Source: Raillietiella orientalis (Eukaryota). Taken from it: 59,414 nt of DNA. Location: positions 1 through 59,414 of the forward strand of contig JAYWIR010000154.1 of the NCBI GenBank assembly GCA_036172245.1. Reading direction: 5' to 3'. The notes beneath the pieces were generated by a model, which ran no database searches, was not told where the DNA came from, and saw nothing but the letters and a program-made list of their open reading frames with translations. Of the stretch, positions 24,241-36,664 are shown in pieces. Each line of letters opens with the position of its first letter. The stretch's first letter is position 1. The translations under genes and the position numbers were made by a program.

Positions 24241-27200
24241 CTACAAAAGCCCTTGTAGGATCTCAATCGGTGGTGCGGCTATTCTGGCTTTCCTCACTTT
24301 CCACCATTGCACAAGGATGCCGGTGATGAAGAGGGCGCTGGTCGTCCACACCATGAGATTGTAACAGGGAACATTACCATCCCCATGAAACATCCCGGCG
24401 AGGATCTCCATAACGGATCTGTTCGTGAGTCCGATGATCCCTTTTAGGATCAGCCAGTCATGCAGCAATGTGGGACAGGTCAAGACGCGAAGACTCGTGT
24501 CGTTGTCATCACATGCCGTGCAGTCTCGATCTTCCCTTCTTCCGGTATAGTACTGCAATCGGGACCCACTCTGGATTCCTCCATGAGAAAACATCAGGAG
24601 GTCATCCTAGGTGCCCTGCGTTAGGTCACTCCTCCAGACCATCGTGCCGATCGTTAGCAGGTTGATCCGGTCACTTCCGTAGATATCGCCGGCTTCCTGG
24701 AGGGCACTGATGTGACGGACTTCTTCCCGAATTAATCATCGGAGGTTTGTTTTGAATACCCTGGGGCACGCGAAGTCGTTGTGGTTGATCCACACCTCGC
24801 GGGTCATGTGGGTAAACCTTCCTAACATCATCTTTATATACCTAAGTATAGAAGGGTGATGTAGGTACCCTTCTCGTTTTCGGTACAGGATTCGTTGTAG
24901 TTTAACTCTGGACCGCTGGTGGATCAAGCTTCTCGTGTCCGGCGGGACAGGAAGCATCCAAGAGATCACCAGGATAGTCTTGTCCTGCCAGAATTCCCGA
25001 CTTCTCGGAACGATCTTGATTTTGTGCATTCGCACCAGTTGTTGCTTCCTCGTGCAGGTTGGGTCGATTTTTATCCATTTGCCTGCTCCGCCTAGCAGCG
25101 CAGTAATCAGTCCTTTCGAGTTGTTCAACAACAACGCGTAGGCCCTGTGCGACGCATACAGCCATTTATCCCAGTAAGTGGCAATGTCCAGGATGTGTCC
25201 CGTATCCATGATATCTATTAACTGTGCAAGCGAATTCATCCCTGAACCGCCTTCTTCCTTGGGACAACACAGGTTTTATTCGAACTCTGGGGCGATAGTG
25301 GCCATACAGTGTTTTTCTCTGCAGCTTGTCGAACTCCCTCGTGGTTTCCTTGTTCAACCTCGCGAAGGCCTCCTCCAAGAGCACTTTGAGAAGGAGTACT
25401 TCATTCCATATGTTGGCCTTTCGCTTCATTCCAATGTCCATTCCGGTGTACTTGGCTGCTTCCTTGTCCGTTTTCTCTAGGATCTCCGTCCACAATAGCT
25501 TCGACGCGAAGACGTCGGCAATGTAGACACCCAGGTACTTGGCCTTGTCCACCGTTCAGAATCCTCTTCCCGCTAGAGCAGAGAGATCGAGGATTCCAAC
25601 AGGCAAGAGCTGGCTTTTCTGGGCGTTGATCTTTAGACCCAGACCTTGATCCCTCAGGTCTACCACATCCAGAAACGCTCGTTGATTTCTCTTTCCCTTG
25701 ATACACAAGAGTAGAACATCAACGTATGCCAGATGGGTAAGACGCTGGCTATCTATTGTTATGCCTTGCAGTCGTCCGCTTTTCTCGATAAAGGACGACA
25801 ACGCCTTCATGTAGATGACGAACAACATCGGACTTAGCGAATCGCCCTGCCGGACTCCCCGTCTCATCCGGATTGCTGCCGTCTTCTGGCCGTTGACTTT
25901 GATTCGGCAGTACTGCTTCTGGAGTACCACCCTTACAAAGTTGCTGGAGTGTTTCGGAAGGCCTACCTTTTCCAGAACTTTCAGCAGCTTCCCATGGTCG
26001 ATAGAGTCGAAAGCCTTCTCTACGTCAGTGAACAGCAGAGCCAGGTTCTCCCCGACGTATCAGGTGATTCCGACGGTGACCTGAGCCCACTTGACACTGT
26101 TCGACATGAGACGTCCAGGGACTGCACACGTTTATACTGGACAGATGAGCCTCAACATGACCTTGCCTGAGCGGTTGGACCAGATCATCGCCAAAGACCT
26201 GACATCGGAGTTCAGGATCGAGATTGGCCTCCATTGAGCGAGCTGCGTGAGGTCGCCTCGATTTGGCAACCATCTCATCCGACTCTCGTATTAGGACTGT
26301 AGAAGTCTTCCTTCTTCGCGGATGCAGAGGGTCAACTGGTGGAACAAACGCAGGCAGGCATGCAGGTGCCGCTGATAGTGAGTGCTGGGTACGCTGTCAG
26401 GGTCCGCTGCCACGTCCTTGCGTAGTTGACCAAACGCGGTCTTCACCTCGTCTTCGGAGAACTCCTCCTCCAGTCTGTTTTGCTGTAGATCCTCGGTCCT
26501 CTTCTCGAGATAGCACAGAAAGGCTTGTTGACTAGAACGATAGAGGTGTTGTCGCCTGAAGTGTTTCGTGTAATGCCTGTGAAAGGCTTCCACGATATTT
26601 TCGGACGACTCTCGCTCTCGACCGTCGTACTGGATGCGGAAGATATCTGTTGCAAGATTTCCCTTTTTATGATGTTGAGGACGTACCGACTCTCGTACTG
26701 ATCGAAGTACTTTGAGAGTAACCGATCTTGGATGTTCTGCTCTCGGTACGCCTACTGCCTCAAGCGACTATCCCCGAATTGAATCTTTGCAAACCGGTGT
26801 ATCCTGTGCTGCAAGCTGTCACAGTCGGCGACTCTTCTGATTTTTGTGGTCTTCAGATTCGTCTCCAGGACCTCCTGATGTCCAGGATGTGTCTCAAACC
26901 AGGAGGGCATGCTGATGAGCGCCGCCCTGGTGCCTTGCCTCCGCCGAGGATTCTCCGTTTTCAGGAAAAACCGAACCAGGGGATGATCGGACAACGTGGT
27001 CATAATGTCTCGAAAACCCTGGATGCGATTCCCAAGTTCGCTGCTGTGCAGGACGTGATCGATCGGATTGTGACTTGCAGTTCGCCACACCAGTCCGAAC
27101 TCTTCGGATAACCGCCCATACGCCGTCCTTCTACTGGCGTCCCCGGAGTGAGTGATCTCATCAATATGTTGAGATCGTCAGCAACAATCACGACGTCCTT

Positions 27201-27622
27201 GGGAGCAACCTTGTCACGCAGTGGTGCATGCAGCGCCTCCGCACAACGATGTTTTAGACTGTGCGGCCCGCACACGTTCACCAGGATGAGGTAAACAGTA
27301 GCGGAACAGACCAGTCGCACGCCGATGATTCGTCCGGGTTGGGGACAGAACATATCCAGAAAAGTGAAGGCCAAGTTGTTCTTGATTAGGACCGCCACAC
27401 CCTGCGTGTTCCGTTCTCTTTCGCTGACGAACACCTGCCCGTTAAATCGCCGTTCCATTTGCTGACTAATCTCGAGACCCACCTTGCGGGTCTCCTGCAG
27501 GCACACTATGTCTTGTTTTGCGATGGTCCGCACATTCCTTTTTCTTTTCCCTGGTCGACAACACCGTTCACATTCAAGGAGGCGATGTTCAGCCTCCTGA
27601 AGGTCGATAGTGAAGAGGCCAT
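24241..27622 (-). pseudogene. B1 ORF2 (EN-RT-CCHC)
   Basis: MASSLST..NVNG, CLQET, GVAVL, DDLN, IDH, SDH, WRPIS, RQGD, YVDV, KYLG. Confidence 0.88.
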
Positions 27623-27635
27623 GAAAGGGGAACAT

Positions 27636-29422
27636 TTATTTCCTCGCCTTCCTGAGCTTGTTCTGTCTGAGAGAGCGTGCTCTTAAGGACAATGAAGAAA
27701 CAGCGGGCTTCTATATGCCGGCGTCACTCTCAGTTCCTGTGAGGTCGGTTTTTTCCGCCCCCTCCGTCAAGTGTTCGGCCCGCGCGATTAATTTTCGAGA
27801 TAGCGCCTCTATCTCGAGATTGGCGCAGAAGTTCGCCTTTACGTCGAGAAGCTGTTCCTCCAGCTTTTCGCGCTCGGTGACCTTCACAACCTGGTTGACC
27901 TTCTCCTGTACATTGCAGACCTTCTGCAAGATTTTCTCTTGCTGGGGACCGCTCTGCACCTCTATGTCTTCATTAGCCAGTGCTGCTAGCTCCTCCGTAG
28001 ATTGCAGGGCCTCCAGCGACAGTGGAGTGGCTTCGGCTATTTCTTCTTCCGCGCCTTCCTGCGCTACCTCCATCTAATCGCCTTCTTGCTCTTCACCTTT
28101 CAGGATAAGAGGGGTTTCTTGCTTCTCGACGAGCATCCTCCACTTTCCCTTGTTCCCTACCTGTATCAAGCCGTCTTCCGATACCGTGACGGCTTATTTC
28201 ACCTTCTTCGGTCTTCTTGCTTTCTGAGGCTGTTCCGCCTCCTCAGTGTTTCTTTCTCTCACGGAAGAGAGACTTCGAATCCTTCTGCAGTTTGCAAACT
28301 TCGGACAGCTCCATTTGGCATGTCCGTGTTTCTTGCAGAAGGAGCACACCTCCGGCTGCGGGCAGTTTCGGACTTGATGTCCTACTTTGCCGCAGCGGAA
28401 ACAACGACACGTTGGGCAAGCGCCCGCCCTGTGGCCGAACTGCTTGCACCCGGTGCAGAATATCTCCTGATGCCGGTAACGCACGTTCACTCCCTGGGAT
28501 AGTTCGTCAAGAGCGGCTAATCCAGGGATCACAGCTCCCTCTTTCAACTTCATTGCTGCGATCATGTCGCCAGAAAATATATTTCCAGAGAGGTTCGGGA
28601 ATTCAAGGTCCATAACTTCCCCATACTGCTCCAAAAAGTTCCATACCATTAGTTGCGGTGTGAGGATGGAGATCCCGTTCAGAAAGAAGGTTGTGTATGC
28701 CATTTCGCCAATACCACAAACCATACTCCCTTGTATATTGATCCCCTTCTGGATCAATCGCTCTCTAATATTTTCACAGTCTGTGAAGACTGTGAACTCG
28801 TCATTTGCCGGTATGATCCCCTGTATGCGATCAACATTGATATCCGTTTTATCCAGGGACAGATACACCTTCCTGATATTATTCAACTTTATCAGCCTAG
28901 TACTGAAAATGGTGGGCTTCACATTCGGCCCAACTTCCACGATTGGCCGATCCACCTTTTGGACTTTGCCTCATAGCGGCTTCCCGAATTTTCTTGGTGG
29001 GTGGACACTCGCTTGTCCAGCCGCCAGCGACGCATAGGAAGAATGCTGCGCCGCCGCAGCCGAACAAGATGGCGTCTCGCCCTGAACCGCGTGGACGCCC
29101 GCGGGTCCTGCCTGGGAGGCCGCCGCCGCGAGCGCAACCCTCGACGTCGCCACCGTTTCCGCCGCGGGCGGCACCCTCGGCATCGGCGCCGCAGGCGGGA
29201 ACTTCCCCGCCGCTGGCACGATCCTCGGCGTCGCCGCCGCGGGCACGACCTCCGCCGTCGTCGCCGCGGGCACGAACTTTGGCATCGCCGCCGCCGGCGC
29301 AGCAAAGCCCACCCGGGCGCGATTCTCGGCATGCCTGCCACCGCCTCGCCGTTGACGCACGTTACCTCCATGGCTTCCATGGGGGACGACGGTCTCTCTA
29401 CTTCTCCTTCAGGTGCCTGCAT
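27636..29422 (-). pseudogene. B1 ORF1 (Ala/Pro repeats, RRM-like, three CCHC knuckles; ZCCHC3/Tx1-ORF1-like)
   Basis: CTGCKQFGHRAGAC, CFRCGKVGHQVRNC, CSFCKKHGHAKWSC in ORF 28194..28955; frameshifts and stops. Confidence 0.88.
29135..29300 (-). repeat. ~27-bp degenerate coding repeats (AAAxPxxVP) in B ORF1; also ~34765-34930
   Basis: AAAMPKFVP/AATTAEVVP/AAATPRIVP/AAPMPRVPP. Confidence 0.7.
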
Positions 29423-29591
29423 CCTGGCAGCTGGTCTTGCTGCACGGGACCACTGCAGGTCTTCCGCCGCGATCTCATTGGCGCTTGTTTTGTAGTTTCG
29501 TCTGGAAACTTCCCCTCTCCTGGCACACACGAGCAACATTAACTGATTAAGTTTCCGAGCGCACATTACTTTGAGCTGCAAAGCAATTTCA

Positions 29592-32500
29592 CCGACTCGG
29601 CAGTTTTACCCAACTCCCACAAAAGGTGGAGTATATTTCTATTTCAAAAATTTTTCTACACAAACATTCACACTACAGTCTCATTCATACCATTTGCACT
29701 GTCTTTGCAACTCTGAGGTCCATGGGTTCACAAGTTCTCCACTCATGGTGCGTTTCCTGCTGTTTAGTCCTGGGCGTCGTCTTCTATCCTCTTCAGGATC
29801 AATCGGTACGTCCATGCTTGGATTTTCCCACAGTTTCTAATTCGGATTTCCCTCTACAAAAGCCCTTGTAGGATCTCAATCGGTGGTGCGGCTATTCTGG
29901 CTTTCCTCACTTTCCACCATTGCACAAGGATGCCGGTGATGAAGAGGGCGCTGGTCGTCCACACCATGAGATTGTAACAGGGAACATTACCATCCCCATG
30001 AAACATCCCGGCGAGGATCTCCATAACGGATCTGTTCGTGAGTCCGATGATCCCTTTTAGGATCAGCCAGTCATGCAGCAATGTGGGACAGGTCAAGACG
30101 CGAAGACTCGTGTCGTTGTCATCACATGCCGTGCAGTCTCGATCTTCCCTTCTTCCGGTATAGTACTGCAATCGGGACCCACTCTGGATTCCTCCATGAG
30201 AAAACATCAGGAGGTCATCCTAGGTGCCCTGCGTTAGGTCACTCCTCCAGAGCATCGTGCCGTTCGTTAGCAGGTTGATCCGGTCACTTCCGTACATATC
30301 GCCGGCTTCCTGGAGGGCACTGATGTGACGGACTTCTTCCCGAATTAATCTTCGGAGGTTTGTTTTGAATATCCTGGAGCACGCGAAGTCGTTGTGGTTG
30401 ATCCACACCTCGCGAGTCATGTGGGTAAACCTTCCTAACATCATCTTTATATACCTAAGTATAGAAGGGTGATGTAGGTACCCTTCTCGTTTTCGGTACT
30501 GGATTCGTTGTAGTTTAACTCTGGACCGCTGGTGGATCAAGCTTCTCGTGTCCGGCGGGACAGGAAGCATCCAAGAGATCACCAGGATAGTCTCGTCCTG
30601 CCAGAATTCCCGACTTCTCGGAACGATCTTGATTTTGTGCATTCGCACCAGCCGTTGCTTCCTCGTCCAGGCTGGGTCGATTTTTTTCCATTCGCCTGCT
30701 CGGCCTAGGAGCGCAGTCATCAGGCCTTTCGAGTTGTTTAACAACAACGGGTAGGCCCTGTGCGCCGCATACGGACAGTCTTCCTTGTGAGTGGCAATGT
30801 CCAGGATGTTTTGCGTATCCATGATTTCAATGCAGTGTGCAAGCGACTTCATCCCGGAATAGCCTTCTTCCCTGCGACGACACAGGGGCCTTAGTCGGAC
30901 TCTTGGGCGATAGTGGCCCCACAGTGTTTCTCTCTACAGCTTGTCGAACAGCCTCGTGGTGTCCTTTTTCATCCTCGCGAAGGCCACCCCAAAGAGCACT
31001 TTTGGAAGGAGTACTCCGTTCCATATGTTGGCCTTTCGCTTCATTGCATGGTCCCTTAAGGTGTACTTGGCTGCTTCCTTGGCCGTTTTCCCTAGGATCT
31101 CGGTCCACAATAGTTTCTACGCGGAGACGACGCCAATGTAGACACCCTGGTACTTGGCCTTGTCCAGCGTTCAGAATCCTCTCCCCGCTAGAGTGGAGAT
31201 ATCAACGATTCCAAAATGCAGAAGCTGGCTTTTCTGGGCTTTGATCTTTAGACCCCGACCTTGATCCATCAGGACAACCACATCCAGAAACGCTCATGAT
31301 TTCTCTCTCCCTTGACAAAGAAGAGTAGATCATCAACGTATGCCATATGGTTAAGACGCTGGCCATCGATTGTTATGCCTTGCAGTTGTCCGCTCTTCTC
31401 GATAAAGGGCGACAACGCCTCCATGTAGATGACGAACAGCATTGGACTTTCCGAATCGCCCTGCCGGATTACCCGTACCATCCGGATTGCTGCCGAGTCT
31501 TGGCCGTTCATTTTGATTCGGCAGTACTGGTTCTGGAGTACCACCTTTACGAAGTTGCTGAAGCTCAATGGAGGCTTAGATTCTCCAGAACCTTTAGCAT
31601 CATCCCATGGTCGATGGCTTCGAAAGCCTTCTCCAGGTCAGTGAACACCAGCGCCAGGTTCTTGTCTAAGTATCGGCTGAGTCCGACGTTGGCCTGGGCG
31701 CACTTGACATTGTCCGACATGAGACTTCCAGGGACTGCACACGTTTGGGGCGGTTAGATGAGCCTCGACATGACCTTGCCTGTGCGGTGGGACCAGATCT
31801 TCGCCAACCACTTGGCATCGGAGTTCAAGATCGAGATTGGCTTCCATTGAGCGACTTGCGTGAGCTCGCCTCCTTTTGGCAACAATCTCATTCAAATCTC
31901 GTAAAAGGCCTGTGGAAGTCTTCCTTCTTCGCGTATGCAGAGGATCAACTGGTGGAACAAACGCAGGTAGGCATGCAGGTACCGCTGATAGTGAGTGATG
32001 GGCACGCTGTCAGGGCCCGCTGCCACGTCCTTGCGTAGTTGAGCAAACGCAGTGTTCACCTCGTCTTCGGAGAACTCCTCTTCCAGTCTGTTTTGCTGTA
32101 GATCGTCGGTCCTCTTCTCGAGATAGCTCAGAAAGGACTGTTGACTAGAGCGACAGAGATGTTGTCGCCTAAAGTGTTTCGTGTAATGCCTGTGAAAGGC
32201 TTCCACGATATCTTCGCACGACTGTCACTCTTGACCGTCGTACTGGATGCAGAGTATATCTGTTGCCAGATTTTTTTTCTCCAGCACGCCGAATTCTCTT
32301 TTTATGTTCTTGAAGACCTACTGACTCCCCTACTGATCGAAGTACTTTGAGATTGAGCGATCTTGGATGTTAAGCTCCAGGTACCCTTCCTGCCTTAAGC
32401 GCCTATCCCCGAACTGCATGTTTGCAAACAGGTGTATCCTGTGTTTCCAGCTGTCCCATTCGGCGACTCTTCCGATTGTTGTTGCCTTCAGAATCGTCTC

Positions 32501-35462
32501 CAGGACAGCCTGATTTCCGGGATGGGTATCATCCCAGGCTGGCATGCTGATGAGCGCCGCCCTCGTGCCTTGCCTCCGCCAAGGATTCTCCGTTCTTAGG
32601 GAAAACAGCACCAGGGGGTGATCGGACAACGTGGTCATAATGTCTCGAAAACCCTGGATGCGATTCCCAAGTTCGGTGCTCTGCAGAACGTGATCGATCG
32701 GATTGTGACTTGCAGTTCGCAACACCAGTCCGAACTCTTTGGATAACCGCCGAGACGCCGTCCTTCCTCAGGCGTCTTCGGAGTAAGTGATTTCATCAAT
32801 ATGTTGAGATCGCCAGCAACAATCACGACTTCCTTGGGAGCAACCTTGTCACGGAGTGGTGCATGCAGCGCTTCCGCACAACGATGTTTTATACTGTGCG
32901 GCCCGCACACGTTCACCAGGATGAGGTGAACAGTAGCGGACCAGGCCAGTCGCACGCCGATGATTCGTCCGGGTTGGGGACAGAACATATCCAGAATAGT
33001 GAAGGCCAAGTTGTTCTAGATTAGGACCACCACACCCTGCGTGTTCCGTTCTCCCTCGCTGACGAACATCTGTTTGTGGAATTGCCGATCCATTTGCTGA
33101 CCAATCTCGAGACCCATCTTGTGGGTGTCCTGCAGGCACACTGTTATGCGATGGTCCGCACAATCCTCTTTCTTTTTCCCTGGTCGATGACACCGTTCAC
33201 ATTCCAGGAGGCGATGTTCAGACTCCTGGCGGTCGATAGGGAAGAGGCCATAAAAGGGGAAGATTTATTTCTTGGCCCTCCTGAGCTTCTTCCGTCTGAG
33301 AGAGCGTGCTCTTCCAGACAATGAAGAAGCAGCGGGCTTCTCGCTGCCAGCGTCACTCTCTGTTCCGGTGAGGTTGGTTACTTCCGCTTCCTCCGTCGAG
33401 TGTTCGGCCCGCGCAATCAGTTTTCGAGATAGCGTCTCTATCTCGACCTTGGCGCAGAAGTTCGCCTTCACGTCAAGAAGCTGTTTGTCCAGCTTCTTGC
33501 GTTCGGTAACCTCCGCAATCTGGTTGACCTTCTCCTGTGCATTGGAGATCTTCTGCAAGATTTTCTCTTGCTGGGAACAGCTCTGCACTCCTATGACTTC
33601 ATTAGCCAGTGATGCCAGCTCCTCCGTAGATTGCAGGGACTCCTGCGACAGCAGAGTGGGTTCGGCTATTTCTTCTTCCGCGGCTTCCTGCGCCACCTCC
33701 ATCTTCTCGCCTTCTTTTTTTACCTTCCAGGACAAGAGGAACTTCTTGCTCCTTGACCAGCATCCTCCTCTCTTCTTTCTTCCCTACCTGTATGAAGCCG
33801 TCTTCCGATACCGTGAGGGCGTCTTTCAGCTTCTTCGTCCTTCCTGCCTTCTGAGGCTGTTTTGCCTTCTTGGTGTTTCTCTCTCTCACGGGAGAGAGAC
33901 CTCCAATCCTTCTGCAGTTTGCAATCTCCGGACAGATCCATTTGGCATGTCCGTGTTTCTTGCAGAAGGAGCACTCTTCTGGCTGCGGACAGTTTCGCAC
34001 ATGATGTCCTACTTTGCCGCAGCGAAAACAACGACACGTTGGGCTAGCGCCCGCCCTGTGGCCGAACTGCTTGCACCCGGTGAAGAATATCTCCTGTTGC
34101 CGGTAACGCACGTTCACTCCCTGGGATTGTTCGTCAAGAACGGCTAATCCAGGGATCACAGCTCCCTCTTTCAACTTCATTGCTGCGATCATGTCGCCAG
34201 AAAATATATTTTCAGAGAGGTTCTGGAATTCAAGGTCCATAACTTCCCCATACTGCTCCAAAAAGTTCCATACCATTAGTTGCGGTGTGAGGATGGAGAT
34301 CCCGTGCAGAAAGACGGTTGTCTATGGCATTTCGCCAATACCACAAACCATACTCCCTTTTATATTGATCCCCTTCTGGATCAATCGCTCTCTAATATTT
34401 TCACAGTCTGTGAAGACTGTGAACCCGTCATTTGCCGGTATGATCCCCTGTATGCGATCAAAATTGATATCCGTTTTATCCAGGGACAGATACACCTCCC
34501 TGATATTATTTAATTTGATCAGTTTAGTCTTGAAAATGGTGGGCTGCACATTCGGTCCAACTTTTACGATTGGCCGATCCACCTTTTGGACTTTGCTGCA
34601 CAGCGGCTTCTTGAATTTTCTTGGTAGGTGGACACTCGCTTGTCCAGCCGCCACCGACGCATAGTAAAAGATCTGCGCTGCCGCAGCTGAACAAGATGGC
34701 GTCTCGCGCTGAACCGCGTGGACGCCCGCGGGTCCTTCCTGGGACGCAACCGCCGCGAGCGCAATCCTCGACGTCGCCACCGTTGCCGATGCGGGCGGCA
34801 CTCCCGGCATCGCCGCCGCAGGCGCGACGTTCCCCTCCGCGAGCACGATCCTCGGCTTCGCCGCCTCTGGCACGACCTTCGCTGTCGTTGCTGCGGGCAC
34901 GACCCTTGGCATCGCCGCCGCCGGCGCAGCAAAGCCAGCCGCGGGCGCGATCCTCGTCTTGCCTTCCACCGCCTCGCCGTTGCCGCACGTTACCTCCATG
35001 GCTTCCATGGGGGACGACGTTCTCTTTACTCCTCCTCCAGGTGCCTGCATCCTGGCAGCTGGTCTTGCTGCACGGGATTACTGCAGGTCTTCCGCCTCGA
35101 ACTCCTTGGCGCTTCTTTTGTAGTTTCTTCTGGAGACTTCCTTTCTCCGGGCACACACGGGCGCAATTAACTGATTAAGTTGTCGAGCGCACAATACTTT
35201 GAGCCGCGAAGCAAGTTTACCGACTTTGCAGGAGAGGAGCAGCCTCCCGACTGCCAACAAGGTGACTCCGTTGCCACCTTTTAAAAGCGTAGCGAATGCA
35301 TCGCCTCCATAGAACGCAGCTGAAATCCCGGAAGTTTCCGCTAGTACTGCTGCAAAAATTTCTGAAAATCGCGGAGGCGAATAGAAGGTTGAGGAGAGGA
35401 GGAAAGAGAAATCTCCAAAAAAACTTCGCAACATCCATCCTTGAGGTCTTCCAAAGGAAAAA
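29592..35462 (-). mobile_element. B2: family B copy 2, probably full length, head-to-tail with B1
   Basis: ORF1 35050-33265, ORF2 33251-29854 (SWNVNG, GDLN, IDH, SDH, RQGD, YVDD); 5'UTR reaches the putative TSD at 35463. Confidence 0.92.
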
Positions 35463-36664
35463 GCAGTCGCGCGAATACGAAAACACGCAGGGATTGCGCT
35501 TCTCCCCAGTAAACAGCCAGCGCCTTCAACGCGTGCAAGAGCGCTCCTGTGGACGCCGAGAAAACCATTCCGGTTGAATCGGACGGATGCAAGCGCACGT
35601 CGATCGTGCGAGCATCAGACTTCGCAAAGGAGTCCAATAGCGCCGACGAACGATGTGTTACTCGCACGGGAGCGAGCGCCCGCAGGGCTGAAGCCCTGAA
35701 GCGTCACAAACTCGCCGCGGAACGGCGAGTGCACACCCCGGAACCCACAGATTCTGCACCCGAAAAGGAGCACTCGATTACATGCTGCAGCACAGTTGAG
35801 GCCGGTGGCGACTGCGCCCTCCAGCCCGTCGTGCTGCTTACTGCCCGCTCGTTGGTTGAGGCGAGCAGACGGCCTCGCTTTCCAGGCCGTGATGAGGGCA
35901 ATCGCTTCTTCTCGTTGTGTTGCCGTGACGTCTTGGAGCGTCAACGCGCTCCAACACAAGGAGACCCGGCGACTAGTGGCTCACGCTCTGCGCGCCTTCG
36001 ACTTGACGCTCCTGCAGGAGATTCACAGCATCTCTGAAGAGCAGGCTGCCGAGGTGCGGTGTTGCACGTACGTAGGGCGTCGCTTTCCTCATGCGAGGAA
36101 CTTTGGCGGGAGCGGTGCGCAGCGTCCGTTTCGACTGGGAAGGCCGAATGGGACACATTTTACTCAAGTGGTGCGACTCGATCGACCTTGTCGTAACCAA
36201 CGTCTACGCGCCGAGCGGTGCTGGACGATGGGATGAAGGGATGGAGTTCTTCGGTACCGTTTAAAGCCAGTGGTTCACTCGATCTCAGCTTACCGTGGCA
36301 CATCTCATTGCTGGGGACTTTAACGTGCACCTGCTTTCCGAGAATAGCTCCCACAAAAGGGAAAAGTTGCTAGCGAAAGAGATGTGCGCGTCCGTGTACG
36401 CGTGCAACTTGTTCGCAAGCGACCCTCTTACGGCAATTTCACGGGAACATGTACTCCTTGATTAACACTTCCTCTCTTGAGTGAGTCGGAGATGTCCCGT
36501 TCCATCTGTGCTTTCAGAGCAAACAGGCTCGAGTTCGAGTTGCTCCCGCCAGGCAAGGGGCCTCCAAACTGTTTCTGGAGGATGCCGGCAGACTTGCTAA
36601 GGCACCCGTAGGCGGCTAAGCATCTTTGCCAGTACCTTCTCGGCTTTGCCATAAGGGAGTTTGA
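35463..36664 (+). mobile_element. S16: continuation of S13 (ORF1 C-terminus, TGATG junction at 35890-35894, ORF2 EN)
   Basis: MRAIASSRCVAVTSWSVNAL, LLQEIH, NVYAP, IAGDFN, ...GFAIREF. Confidence 0.85.

Larger units (their letters stand above)
23972..29591 (-). mobile_element. B1: second Tx1/L1-type family, copy 1 (lacks ~240 nt of 5'UTR)
   Basis: ORF1 29422-27636, ORF2 27622-24241, 3'UTR with AATAAA at 24023-24028. Confidence 0.92.

Noticed and set aside
23979..29603. CCGACTCGGCAG direct repeat as a TSD of B1
   Set aside because: It sits at the same distance from the 3'UTR in both copies, so it is better read as part of the B 3' terminus.
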